A stretch of 64,000 nt of DNA from an uncultured Gemmatimonadales bacterium (GCA_963816355.1 CAWFKH010000006.1:1-64000), one strand, 5' to 3'; positions 28,784 through 37,878 are shown, counted from the first letter of the stretch. The notes: generated from the sequence alone by a model not told the origin. Made by a program: numbers and translations.

Positions 28784-30217
28784 GTGCGCTTCGCCGCCAC
28801 TTCCGTCCGCACCCGCCTGACCCTCTGGTACACGGCGGCGCTCGCGGTCCCGCTCGTCGCTTTCGCCGTCGCGTCCTACCTCATCTTCTCGAGCACCGTG
28901 CGCAGCCGGACCGACGCCTTCGTCGGCGACGCCCTCACCGTCTTCGCCCGCGAGCTCGGCGCCGAGCGGCGCGCGGGCCCCGACTTCGACGTGGTCGCGC
29001 GACGTACGCTGCGCGAAGTGCGCTTCCGCGAGGTCGACTTCGTCATCCTCGACGACGCCGGCCGCGTCCTCGGCTCGAGCCAGGCGGACGGACAGGACGC
29101 CGGCCGGCCCGCGCCGCCCCGCATCGACGCCGCGCACCTCGCACGCCTCGGCGCGCTCGCGCCCGGCGAGCCGCGCACCGTCCGCGCCGCAGGCCGCGCC
29201 TTCCGCGTACTCGTGAGGTCGCACCCGTCCGGCGCCCGCACGCTCCTCGTCGCGGCCGTCCACCCGCTCGCCGGCGAGCAGGCGATGCTGCGTAGCATCC
29301 GACGCCTGTTCATCATCGCCATCCCGCTCATCATCGCGACCGCCGCCGCCGGCGCGTCCTTCCTCACCCGGAGGAGCCTGCGGCCGGTCGCCGCCATCGC
29401 CGCCCACGCCGCCGCCATCGGCGCCAGCACGCTGCACGAGCGCCTGCCCGTCGGCGCCGCCGACGAGCTCGGCGACCTCGCCCGCGTGCTCAACGACCTG
29501 CTCGACCGCCTCGAGCGCTCCTTCGAGCTCCAGCGCCGCTTCATGACCGACGCCTCCCACGAGCTGCGCACCCCCACCGCCATCGTCCGCTCCGAAGCCG
29601 ACGTCACCCTCGCCCGCCCACACCGCGACGAGGACGAGTACCGCGCCTCCATGACCATCGTTCAGGACGCGTCCCGCCGCCTCGCCCGCATCGTCGACGA
29701 CGTCTTCCTCATCGCGCGCGCCGACGCCGGCCACCTCGTCATGATCCCCGACGCCGTCTACCTCGACGACCTCGTGCGCGACACCGTTCGCGCCGTCACC
29801 CCCATCGCCGACGAGCGCCACGTGAGCGTCGAGCTGGGCGACGTCGCCGAAGCCCGGATGCTGGGCGACCCCGACCTGCTCGGCCGCCTCATCCTCAACC
29901 TGCTCGACAACGCGATCCGCCACTCCCCGGCCGGCGCCGCCGTCGAGGTCACCGTCCGCCAGAACGGCGCCGCGGCCTGCGAGCTCTCCGTCGTCGACCA
30001 CGGCGCCGGCATCCCCGCCGAGTCTCGTGAGCGCATCTTCGAACGATTCTTCCGTGTCGACGCCGCACGCTCGCGCGACCGCAGCACGCTCACCAGCGGC
30101 GCCGGCCTCGGCCTCTCCATCTGCCGCCGCATCGCCGAGCTGCACGGCGGCTCCCTCGCACTCGTCGACTCCCGGCCCGGCCGCACCGAGTTCCGCGTCA
30201 CCCTGCCCCTCGCCTAG
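28784..30217 (+). CDS. HAMP-domain sensor histidine kinase
   Basis: 2 TM helices; HAMP; DASHELRTP; NLLDNAIRH; DHGAGI; GAGLGLSI. Confidence 0.95.
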   Translation: MRFAATSVRTRLTLWYTAALAVPLVAFAVASYLIFSSTVRSRTDAFVGDALTVFARELGAERRAGPDFDVVARRTLREVRFREVDFVILDDAGRVLGSSQADGQDAGRPAPPRIDAAHLARLGALAPGEPRTVRAAGRAFRVLVRSHPSGARTLLVAAVHPLAGEQAMLRSIRRLFIIAIPLIIATAAAGASFLTRRSLRPVAAIAAHAAAIGASTLHERLPVGAADELGDLARVLNDLLDRLERSFELQRRFMTDASHELRTPTAIVRSEADVTLARPHRDEDEYRASMTIVQDASRRLARIVDDVFLIARADAGHLVMIPDAVYLDDLVRDTVRAVTPIADERHVSVELGDVAEARMLGDPDLLGRLILNLLDNAIRHSPAGAAVEVTVRQNGAAACELSVVDHGAGIPAESRERIFERFFRVDAARSRDRSTLTSGAGLGLSICRRIAELHGGSLALVDSRPGRTEFRVTLPLA

Positions 30218-30304
30218 TCCCGTCACCCTGTCCCTCGCCTGGCCCTGGGCCCACCGGCGCGTCCCCGCCCTCTTGCTTCGTGCCGGGGCCGCCCCTAGGA
30301 TCGC

Positions 30305-30325
30305 TGTTCATGAAATGTTCATGAA
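30305..30325 (+). promoter_or_regulatory. Direct repeat TGTTCATGAA-A-TGTTCATGAA (11-bp period), OmpR-type box
   Basis: AT-rich perfect repeat in a GC-rich background, 22 bp upstream of the receptor ATG. Confidence 0.65.
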
Positions 30326-30347
30326 TTCACCGGGGGGTCTTCCGCAC

Positions 30348-32702
30348 ATGAAACGGATCGCGACGGCCGGCGTGCTGCTGCTGGGGGTGCTGCTCGGCGG
30401 GCCGGCGGGCGCGCGGGCGCAGGTGCTGCTGCGCGGCACGGTGACGGATCAGCAGACGGGGGCGCCGTTGACGGGCGCGGCGGTGCGGGTGACGGGGACG
30501 GACGTCGGCACGGTGACGAACGAAGCGGGGGCGTTCACGCTGCGCCTGGGCGGACCGGTGTCGAGCGTGACGGTGTCGAGCATCGGGTACGAGACGCGGA
30601 CGGTGACGGTGGCGGACGCGTCGCAAGTGCTGCATGTGGCGCTGGTTCCGGCGGCGGTGCCGGTGCCGGGGATCCGGGTGGTGACGGTTCGGCCGACGCC
30701 GGGGGCGGCGGTGCTGACGCAGCGGGAGCTGGAGCGGGGGAACGAGCTGCGGCTGGAGACGTCGGTCAACACGGAGCCGGGAGTGTTCATGCAGTCGCGG
30801 ACGCCGTGGGGCGGTGCGCGGATCACGATCCGCGGCTACTACCCGAGCACGAGCGGGAACAGCCCGAACTCGAACGGGCTGGGCTACCGGGTTTTCCTGA
30901 ACGACATCCCGATCACGGACGCGGCGGGCGTCACGATCCTGGACGACATCGATTTTTCGACGCTCGGCCGGGTGGAGATCGTGAAGGGGCCGGCGTCGAC
31001 GGAGTACGGCAGCTACATCGGCGGGGCGGTGCGGTTCACGACGGAGCGGCCGGCGCCGGGGGAGGCGTCGTTGCGCCAGCAGGTGCTGGGGGGGCGCTAC
31101 GGCCTGCTGCGCACGAACACGACGTTTCAGAAGGCGACGGACCATTCGGCGTTGATGGTGAACTACGGGTGGCAGGCGTACGACTCGTTTCGACCGCACA
31201 GCGCGTCGCAGAAGCATTACGTGACGGCGACGGGGGACTTTCGGGTGGCGGACGGGCAGACGATCTCGACGTTCTTCGCGTACGACCGGTCGTTCGAGGA
31301 GCTGGCGGGGGAGATCGACGCGAAGGACCTCTACGCGCGCGAGCCGCGGAGCAACGCCTTCTATCTGGGGAACGACTCGCACCTGGCGGTGAACGGCTTC
31401 GTGGCCGGCGCGACGGACAGGATGCGGCTCGGCGACCGCTTCTCGAACCGAACCACCGTGTACGGCTCGGGTCGGACGTCGGACGTGCGGTTCGCGCACG
31501 GCGTGACGGACAACACGGAGTTCGGCTTCGGCGCGCGGACGGTGTTCGGCTACACGGGCCGAATCGGCGCCGGCGTCGGCGTCAACGGCAGCCTGGGTGG
31601 CGCGCTGCAGCGCTCGGACATCACGACGAACGGCGTCTTCATCATCCCGATCCCGTCGCGTCCGACGCGGCCGACCGACCAGCAGAACTACGCGACGAAC
31701 GCGTCGCTCTTCTCGGAATGGACGCTGGACCTGCCGGCGGGGACCTGGGTCACCGCGGGCGCGGGAGTCCATTGGGACGAGTTCGGAATCCAGGACATGC
31801 TGCGCAACGGCCAGCTTTTCGACAGCGCGACGGTGAGGGTGCGCTCGTTCGACGCCGTGTTCACGCCGCGCGTCTCGATCGCGAAGCGGCTGGGCGGCTC
31901 CGCGTCCGTGTACGCATCCGTGAGCTCCGGCTACGCGCCGCCGCTGCTGAGCAACGCCGTGGCGAACGACGGCTCCGTGAACCTCGCGCTGGACCCCGAG
32001 CGCGCGGTGCAGTACGAGGTGGGCGCGCAGGGCTCTCTGTTCGCGAACCGGCTGTCCGGCAGCGTCGCGCTGTTCGACATCGAGAACACGGACAAGCTGG
32101 TGTCCGCCACGTCGAATTCCGTGACGTACACGACGAACGCGGGCAAGCAGCGCAATCGCGGCGCCGAGCTGTCCGTGTCGCTGCTCGCGGTCGACCATCC
32201 GGCGGCCCCGCTGTCGCGCGTGCGGCCGTGGCTGACGTACGCATACACGGACGCGGAATTCGTCGATTTCCGGAGCGACCTGAACGGCACTGCCGCGACG
32301 GTGGACTTCTCGGGCAACGCGGTGCCGCGCGTGCCGAAGAATGCGCTCAGCGCCGGCCTCGACGTGGCCGTTCGAGGCGGCATCTACGCGAACGCGACGT
32401 ACCGGTGGGTCGACAAGGTGCCCGTCACGTTCGACAACTCCACGTTCGTCAACGGCTACGACCTGCTCGGCGTGAAGGCGGGCGTGCAGCGCCGGCTGAG
32501 CGACCGGTGGAATGTCAACCTCTTCGCCGGCGCCGACAACCTGACCAGCAGCACGCACTACGCTTTCCTCTTCGTGGGCCCCGACATCGAGGGGCTCGCG
32601 CTCGAGGAGGACGGCGGCCACGGCGACGGCTACCTGATCCCCGCGCCCTACCACGCCGCTTGGTACGGCTCCCTCGCGCTGACCTGGACGCCGCGAAGGT
32701 AG
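30348..32702 (+). CDS. TonB-dependent receptor with N-terminal CarboxypepD-like domain
   Basis: Signal peptide; GTVTDQQTGAPLTGAAV; plug motifs ITIRG and RVEIVKGPASTEYG; LDPERAVQYEVG; NAGKQRNRGAE. Confidence 0.92.
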   Translation: MKRIATAGVLLLGVLLGGPAGARAQVLLRGTVTDQQTGAPLTGAAVRVTGTDVGTVTNEAGAFTLRLGGPVSSVTVSSIGYETRTVTVADASQVLHVALVPAAVPVPGIRVVTVRPTPGAAVLTQRELERGNELRLETSVNTEPGVFMQSRTPWGGARITIRGYYPSTSGNSPNSNGLGYRVFLNDIPITDAAGVTILDDIDFSTLGRVEIVKGPASTEYGSYIGGAVRFTTERPAPGEASLRQQVLGGRYGLLRTNTTFQKATDHSALMVNYGWQAYDSFRPHSASQKHYVTATGDFRVADGQTISTFFAYDRSFEELAGEIDAKDLYAREPRSNAFYLGNDSHLAVNGFVAGATDRMRLGDRFSNRTTVYGSGRTSDVRFAHGVTDNTEFGFGARTVFGYTGRIGAGVGVNGSLGGALQRSDITTNGVFIIPIPSRPTRPTDQQNYATNASLFSEWTLDLPAGTWVTAGAGVHWDEFGIQDMLRNGQLFDSATVRVRSFDAVFTPRVSIAKRLGGSASVYASVSSGYAPPLLSNAVANDGSVNLALDPERAVQYEVGAQGSLFANRLSGSVALFDIENTDKLVSATSNSVTYTTNAGKQRNRGAELSVSLLAVDHPAAPLSRVRPWLTYAYTDAEFVDFRSDLNGTAATVDFSGNAVPRVPKNALSAGLDVAVRGGIYANATYRWVDKVPVTFDNSTFVNGYDLLGVKAGVQRRLSDRWNVNLFAGADNLTSSTHYAFLFVGPDIEGLALEEDGGHGDGYLIPAPYHAAWYGSLALTWTPRR

Positions 32703-32792
32703 AGGCCCGGCGGCGGGCCGCGTCGGTAGTGGGCCACTACCGCCGCGCCGGCCTCCTTGCTCCGCCGTCGGTCGCGACCTACGCTGTCCACC

Positions 32793-33353
32793 ATGCCCGA
32801 ACGGGAGTTGTCGCCGGACCGGCGCGAAGCGCTCCTCGGAGCGCTGCAGGCTCGATTCGAGGAGAACGCGGGCCGCCACGAGGGGCTCGCTTGGGCCGAC
32901 GTACGGGCGCGGCTGGAAGGGAACACCGCGAAGCTGTGGTGCCTCCACGAGATGGAGAGAACGGGCGGTGAGCCGGACGTCGTCGGGCGCGATGAAGCGA
33001 CGGGTGAGCTCATCTTCGTGGACTGCTCCGCGCAGAGCCCGCAGGGGCGCAGGAGCGTGTGCTACGACCGCGAAGCGCTGGAGTCCCGCAAGGAGCACAA
33101 GCCGGCCGACAGCGCGATGACCATGGCGGCGGCGATCGGCATCGAGCTGTTGACGGAGGCGGAGTACCGGGCGCTGCAGGAGCTCGGGGATTTCGACACG
33201 AAGACGTCGAGCTGGGTGAAGACGCCTCCCGACATCCGGGAGCGCGGCGGGGCGGTCTTCTGCGACCGTCGCTACGGGCACGTCTTCCTGTATCACAACG
33301 GAGCGGAGTCCTACTACGCCGCGCGGGGGTTCCGCGGCTCGCTGAGGGTCTAG
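32793..33353 (+). CDS. DUF4256 family protein
   Basis: MERTGGEPDVV; DCSAQSPQGRRSVCYD; FDTKTSSW; YHNGAESYYAARGFRGSLRV. Confidence 0.9.
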   Translation: MPERELSPDRREALLGALQARFEENAGRHEGLAWADVRARLEGNTAKLWCLHEMERTGGEPDVVGRDEATGELIFVDCSAQSPQGRRSVCYDREALESRKEHKPADSAMTMAAAIGIELLTEAEYRALQELGDFDTKTSSWVKTPPDIRERGGAVFCDRRYGHVFLYHNGAESYYAARGFRGSLRV

Positions 33354-33453
33354 CGCGCGTGCGTTGCGGCAGGCGACGGCGCGGCAGGCGGAGCGCCGGG
33401 GGAGCGCCCGGGGGGATCACCATGGGACGGTCGACGGGATCGGGCGCGCGAGA

Positions 33454-33918
33454 GTGAGGATCTGGGTGGACGCGGACGCCGCGCCGCGGGACGTGAAGGA
33501 GATCGTGTACCGCGCCGCGAAGCGGCTCGAGCTGGAAGCGGTGCTCGTGTCCAACCAGCGGCTGTCGCCGCCGGTGGGCTACGCACAGGTGCGCGCGGTT
33601 CGCGTCGAAGGCGGACCGGACGTCGCGGACGGCTACATCGCGGACAACGCGGAGCCGGGCGACGTCGCCATCACCGCCGATCTTCCCCTCGCCGCGATCC
33701 TCGTCGACAAGCGCGTCGTGGTGCTGGACCCGCGCGGCGAGCTTTACAGCGAGGAGAACGTGCGCGAGCGGCTGTCCATCCGGGACTTCATGGAGTCGCT
33801 GCGCAGCGCCGGCGTGGAGACGGCGGGGCCGAAGCCGTACGGCGCGCGCGAGAAGCAGGCGTTCGCGGCGACGCTCGACCGGGTGCTGACCGCGGCGCGG
33901 CGGAGTCGCGGACCGTAG
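33454..33918 (+). CDS. YaiI/YqxD (DUF188) family PIN-like protein
   Basis: IWVDADAAP; GPDVADGYI; ITADLPLAA; DPRGELYS. Confidence 0.9.
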   Translation: MRIWVDADAAPRDVKEIVYRAAKRLELEAVLVSNQRLSPPVGYAQVRAVRVEGGPDVADGYIADNAEPGDVAITADLPLAAILVDKRVVVLDPRGELYSEENVRERLSIRDFMESLRSAGVETAGPKPYGAREKQAFAATLDRVLTAARRSRGP

Positions 33919-33946
33919 GGCCGCCCGCTTCGGTCGCTTCCCGGGG

Positions 33947-34480
33947 TCACGGCTCGTGCTGCGGGCGGGCCCGGATCATTCCCACGACGCTGTCCGCGAG
34001 CGCGTTCGGCACCGGGATCGTCAGGTGGTATTGCGCGATCCTCCAGGCTCCATCCACGCGCCGGAGCACACCCGTTCCGCGGGTCTCGCCGTAGCTCTCG
34101 TTGTCGAGGAGCTCGTCAAACCAGGCCACGGTGCCGCCGGGATCGAACGCGATGTGGCGCGTGCCCGGCCGCACCACGTAGGTCCAGCCCCGCCCCTGCT
34201 GGAATATCGGGTGGGCGTAGGCCCGGAACGCGTCCACCGTCCAGCGCTCCGTGGCGTCGGTCCCGATGAAGACGCCGTCGGGCGCGAACAGGCTGAAGTA
34301 AGCGTCCTCGTCGGCCCGCGACGCGTCGCGATGAAGCGAATCGAGCACCGCCGCCACCGCGGTGGTGTCCGGCGATGCGTCGACCCCGCGCGAGCCGTGC
34401 CGCGACGCGCACCCGCCCGCGACGATCGCCACCGCCAGGGATCCGAGCCACACGGTTCGCCGGCCCGCGCGAGCGCTCAT
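33947..34480 (-). CDS. SnoaL/NTF2-like lipoprotein
   Basis: Lipobox AGGC; FIGTDATERW; AWFDELL; RGTGVL...WRIAQYHL; RBS GGAGGGAG. Confidence 0.85.
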   Translation of the reverse strand: MSARAGRRTVWLGSLAVAIVAGGCASRHGSRGVDASPDTTAVAAVLDSLHRDASRADEDAYFSLFAPDGVFIGTDATERWTVDAFRAYAHPIFQQGRGWTYVVRPGTRHIAFDPGGTVAWFDELLDNESYGETRGTGVLRRVDGAWRIAQYHLTIPVPNALADSVVGMIRARPQHEP

Positions 34481-34620
34481 GAGCTCCCTCCGTGCTGGTG
34501 TGAAGGCGTCCGCTGCGTGCGGCGTCCCGTTGCGTGCGGCGCCCGGCGTGCGGCGCCCGTTGCCGCGCCGCCGTTGCCCGCGGCGACGCCGTCGCGATCC
34601 CACGGGTGGCGGCGGCCGAC

Positions 34621-34750
34621 TGTCTCCGGAATGAGACATCCTTTCGTCACTCCGGATGGCCGGCCGGCCGCCGGATCTCGCGGGACGCCGCGCGAAAACC
34701 GTTGATTTTGCTGGCTCCCTCCCGACGTCCGGCGTGGCACGGAGCGTGAC
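34621..34750 (+). promoter_or_regulatory. Putative sigma54 enhancer architecture: UAS palindrome, IHF-like site, -24/-12
   Basis: TGTCTC-N6-GAGACA (34621-34638); AATCAA-N4-TTT on the minus strand (~34695-34708); TGGCAC-N6-TGA (34735-34749, imperfect -12). Confidence 0.45.
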
Positions 34751-34797
34751 TCCGTCGGATGTCGCGTCTTCCCACGCCAGACGAACATGGAGGCTCC

Positions 34798-35151
34798 ATG
34801 CGACGGTTCATCCTGCTCCCTCTGCTTCTCGCGCTGCTCTTCGGCGGCTGCAGCGACATTGTGGGCCTCGGCGGCCGGTCGGCCGATGGCGACTGGCGCG
34901 CGACGTTCGGGGGTGAAGAGGTCCGCGTGACGTTGCGGGACCGCGCCGGCGACATCCGGGGAGACGGCCGCTGGGGCCGCGATGACGTGTTCGTCAGCGG
35001 CGACAGGCGCGGCTCGGATCTCTCGCTCCGCTTTGAGTTCGCCCTCTACTCCCCGATCGACTTCGAAGGCACGATCCGGAGCGGCCAGCTCGAGGGCCGG
35101 CTGTACGGCTCCGGATTGAACGGGGACCTCGTGCGATTCCACCGGTTCTAG
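34798..35151 (+). CDS. Hypothetical beta-rich lipoprotein
   Basis: RBS GGAGG; MRRFILLPLLLALLFGGC lipobox. Confidence 0.8.
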   Translation: MRRFILLPLLLALLFGGCSDIVGLGGRSADGDWRATFGGEEVRVTLRDRAGDIRGDGRWGRDDVFVSGDRRGSDLSLRFEFALYSPIDFEGTIRSGQLEGRLYGSGLNGDLVRFHRF

Positions 35152-35185
35152 CGGCCGAGCCCCTGCCCCTGCGCGTTCGTAGCTT

Positions 35186-35228
35186 CAAAGAGAAAGCGGG
35201 GCCCCGCCTTCGAAGGCGGGGCCCCGCT
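35186..35228 (-). terminator. Intrinsic terminator between convergent lipoprotein genes
   Basis: Perfect 34-bp palindrome at 35195-35228 that runs into TTTCTCTTT on the minus strand. Confidence 0.8.
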
Positions 35229-35289
35229 GCCGTCGCGCGTGCAAGGCGCGCAGACCGCTGCGGCGTGCCTCGCACGCTACGCGCGGACC

Positions 35290-35733
35290 CTACAGCAGCC
35301 CGGCCACGCACGCCTCGGCGGCAACCAGCGCCGAGCTGATGGCGTTGAAGTCGTCCGCCCCGATCTTCGCCTTCCGGGTACCGACACCGGCGGCCCACGA
35401 GTCGAGCGCCGCACCGATGTCCTCGAGCTTCTGGAGCGCGTCGGCGAACTTCCCATCGTTGATCTTGTTGGCCGCGTCCACCGTCTTCAGGAGCAGGTTC
35501 GTCTGGTCCCGTTCATTGGCGAACGTCGTCGCGCCCGCGATCGCACCGTGCAGGGCCGTGATCTCGTCACCGCAGGAGGCGATCGTTCCAGGCAGCTCGG
35601 TGGTGCCGCCCGGCTTCGCCACCTGGGTGAAGCTGGCGGAGGAAGTCGACGGGGCCGTGGGCTCGCTGCAGGCGAGCGCGGTCAACGCGGCGATCGCCGC
35701 GAGCGAGAAACGCGTGGCGTGGCGCATATGCAT
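35290..35733 (-). CDS. Hypothetical lipoprotein with helical (FIMAH-like) domain
   Basis: RBS GGAGG; ALTALAC lipobox; amphipathic helices with a Cys pair. Start is 35733 or 35727. Confidence 0.7.
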   Translation of the reverse strand: MHMRHATRFSLAAIAALTALACSEPTAPSTSSASFTQVAKPGGTTELPGTIASCGDEITALHGAIAGATTFANERDQTNLLLKTVDAANKINDGKFADALQKLEDIGAALDSWAAGVGTRKAKIGADDFNAISSALVAAEACVAGLL

Positions 35734-35884
35734 GTATCCTCCGGGGTGGTTTCCTTGAAGTTCTGCCGTGCGGGCCGAGTCGCGGCGGCGGCGCCAGCGA
35801 GTGGATGCTCGGCCGCTCCTTCACCGCGACGTAGGTAAGCTAATACAAGTCGTCAATCCGCGTCAGCCTCGCCCACCGTCCCGC

Positions 35885-35968
35885 CTCTCGCGTGCCCTCT
35901 CGCGTGCGCTCTCGCGTGCGCTCTCGCGTGCCCACTCGCGTGCGCTCTCGCGTGCCCTCTCGCGTGCC
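35885..35968. repeat. 12-bp tandem repeat CTCTCGCGTGC(C/G) x7
   Basis: Seven consecutive units, one with a T>A change. Confidence 0.95.
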
Positions 35969-36139
35969 CCGATTCGAATCTCGCGTAGCACGAGAATCGT
36001 CTCGGGCTGCCGCATCCCATGCCGCCTGACCCCCATCGCCATGGCTCTGCCCCGCTGCGGGTACCATCGTGCGCAGCGAAGTCTCGGCCGCCGGCGCCCG
36101 GTGCGCGGCGGTGCTCGAGCGCGGCGGTGCGCGAGAGCG

Positions 36140-36307
36140 CGGCGGTGCCCCGACGCGGGGTTCTTCCGGTGAGGCCGCCGATGAAACGACGCGGCAGCGT
36201 CGCAACGTCGGCGGTGCCCCGACGCGGGGTTCTTCCGGTGAGGCCGCCGATGAAACGACGCGGTAGCGTCGCAACGTCGGCGGTGCCCCGACGCGGGGTT
36301 CTTCCGG
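36140..36307. repeat. 69-bp tandem repeat x2.4
   Basis: Units start at 36140, 36209 and 36278; one substitution between the two full copies. Confidence 0.95.
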
Positions 36308-36450
36308 GCTGGGGCGACCGCGACGGTGCCGAGTGAGGTGAAGGTGTCCCCGTAGCCCTCCATGCGAGTCGTCGGGGCCGGCGTGGCCTCGCCAGAAGCG
36401 GTCACGTGGGCCCCGGGCACCGCGTAAGACGTCGGGGGGTGCGGCTCACG
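36275..36450. repeat. 176-bp bipartite inverted-arm element, copy 1 (REPIN/MITE-like)
   Basis: Aligns ungapped with 37703-37878 at a constant offset of 1428; two inverted 80-bp arms share a fixed-spacing consensus. Confidence 0.7.
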
Positions 36451-36497
36451 TCGAGCCGTGCTCGGCAAGGCCCGAGCCCGCGGGAGCGTGATGGGCG

Positions 36498-36597
36498 GGT
36501 CCGCGAGAGGGGGACCCCGGCCCGCAGGAGCGGCAGGCCCGGTCCGCGATAGGGGGAAGGAAGGTACCGCGAAAGGGGATGCCGGGTCCGTGATACG
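36498..36597 (+). promoter_or_regulatory. Iterated motif GGT(A)CCGCGANAGGGG upstream of the AbiEi-DUF559 gene
   Basis: Copies at 36498, 36541 and 36563, plus a degenerate copy at about 36585. Confidence 0.55.
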
Positions 36598-36645
36598 TGC
36601 GTGTGCGTGGCTGGATGGCCGGCGAGAAACGAGAACGGTGGATGG

Positions 36646-37548
36646 ATGACAGCGCGAGTAGAGGTCGAGCGCATCCTGCGCGACCTGGCCATCGCGCAGC
36701 ACGGCGTCGCAAGGCGAGCGCAGTTGCTGGCGGGCGGACTGACGGCCCATACGATCGACGGTATGGTGCGCGCCGGCCGACTCGTGGTGCTGTGGCGCGG
36801 CGTGTACCAGATCGGCGTGCTGCCGGTCGCGCGTGCCGCGGAATCCGCCGCGGTGCTCGCGTGTGGTGAGGAGAGCAGAATCAGTCACGTGAGCGCGGCG
36901 GCATTGCAGGGTGTACTGGATTCGGCCCCTGCTCACCCAATCGTGGAGGTGAGCGTGCCGCGCCGAAAGCGACGTCGAATCAAGGGGGTTCGGATCCACC
37001 GCGTTCGGGACCTGCGACCGGACGAGATGACGGTCCACGAAGGCATTCGAGTGACGACGCCCGCGCGAACGCTGCTCGACATCGCGGAGACGCTGCCCTC
37101 CCGTGAGGTGGAGCAGGCGCTGGCCAAGGCGTTACGCATGGGTCTCGTTGCCCCTCAGGACGTGCGGCTGATGCTGGAACGCCACCCCAACCATCGCGGA
37201 GCGCCGCTGTTGCGGCAGTTGCTGGACGCCGAAGGGGGCCCGCGCTTCACGCGCTCCGAAGGGGAGGAGAAGCTGCTCGAGATCACGCGGGTCGCCGGCT
37301 TGCCGCTCCCGGAGCTGAACGTGAGGGTGCTCGGCCACGAGGTGGATGCGTTGTGGCGGAGCGCACGCGTCGTGGCGGAGGTGGATGGGTACGCATTCCA
37401 CTCTTCGACGCGTTCTTTCGTGAACGACCGCCGGCGGGACGCCGAGCTGGTGGCAGCGGGATACCGCGTGATGCGGTTCACCTGGGCGGACCTCACCGAG
37501 GCGCGCCTTGCAACGGTCGTCCGGCTCGCGCAGGCCCTGGTGAGGTAG
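36646..37548 (+). CDS. AbiEi-type HTH/antitoxin domain plus DUF559 (Vsr-like PD-(D/E)xK) endonuclease
   Basis: AIAQHGVARRAQL...GRLVVLWRGVY; SHVSAAAL; VTTPARTLLD; TRSEGE; EVDALW...EVDGYAFH...DRRRD...GYRVMRFTW. Confidence 0.9.
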   Translation: MTARVEVERILRDLAIAQHGVARRAQLLAGGLTAHTIDGMVRAGRLVVLWRGVYQIGVLPVARAAESAAVLACGEESRISHVSAAALQGVLDSAPAHPIVEVSVPRRKRRRIKGVRIHRVRDLRPDEMTVHEGIRVTTPARTLLDIAETLPSREVEQALAKALRMGLVAPQDVRLMLERHPNHRGAPLLRQLLDAEGGPRFTRSEGEEKLLEITRVAGLPLPELNVRVLGHEVDALWRSARVVAEVDGYAFHSSTRSFVNDRRRDAELVAAGYRVMRFTWADLTEARLATVVRLAQALVR

Positions 37549-37702
37549 CCTCGAGCGCCCGGGCGGGCCAGGTTTCGCGTAGGCCCTCCTGCGGTAGGCC
37601 TGAGCGCCCAGGCGGGCGTGCTTCGAGAGAGGCCGTGGGACCTCGGCCCGCCGCGCCGAGGGGCGGGACGGCCGGCCGGGATCACCGCGTGCCGTCGCGC
37701 CA

Positions 37703-37878
37703 CGTGAGCGCTTCCCCAATGGAGAATCCGTCGGCACCGGGGCCGTCCACGCCCGAGCAGGGGCAGTAGACTCGACCCCACTGCGGCTGGACGGGCCTGC
37801 CGGGGGCGACCTGACGACGTCACGGAGGGTCACAATGCCCCCGGTCGCCGCGCGGACGGTGGTGGGGTGCAGCTCACG
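37703..37878. repeat. 176-bp bipartite inverted-arm element, copy 2
   Basis: Termini CGTGAGC...GCTCACG; the right arm is 52/80 identical to 36371-36450 without gaps. Confidence 0.7.

Noticed and set aside
35734..35860. Riboswitch in the leader of the lipoprotein gene at 35733
   Set aside because: GC-rich pairing is possible, but I could not match any riboswitch consensus.
36166..36215. Hammerhead ribozyme in the 69-bp unit (CCGGTGA/CCGATGA, GAAAC plus stem)
   Set aside because: The core deviates from CUGANGA, stem II cannot form between the motifs, and the cleavage triplet would be GCA rather than NUH.
36140..36307. 69-bp repeat as a CRISPR array
   Set aside because: The would-be spacers are identical apart from one substitution, and there are no cas genes in the window. 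It is a tandem duplication.
36275..37878. Integron attC sites or classical IS ends
   Set aside because: No RYYYAAC/GTTRRRY cores, no integrase or DDE/HUH transposase, and no target-site duplication found.
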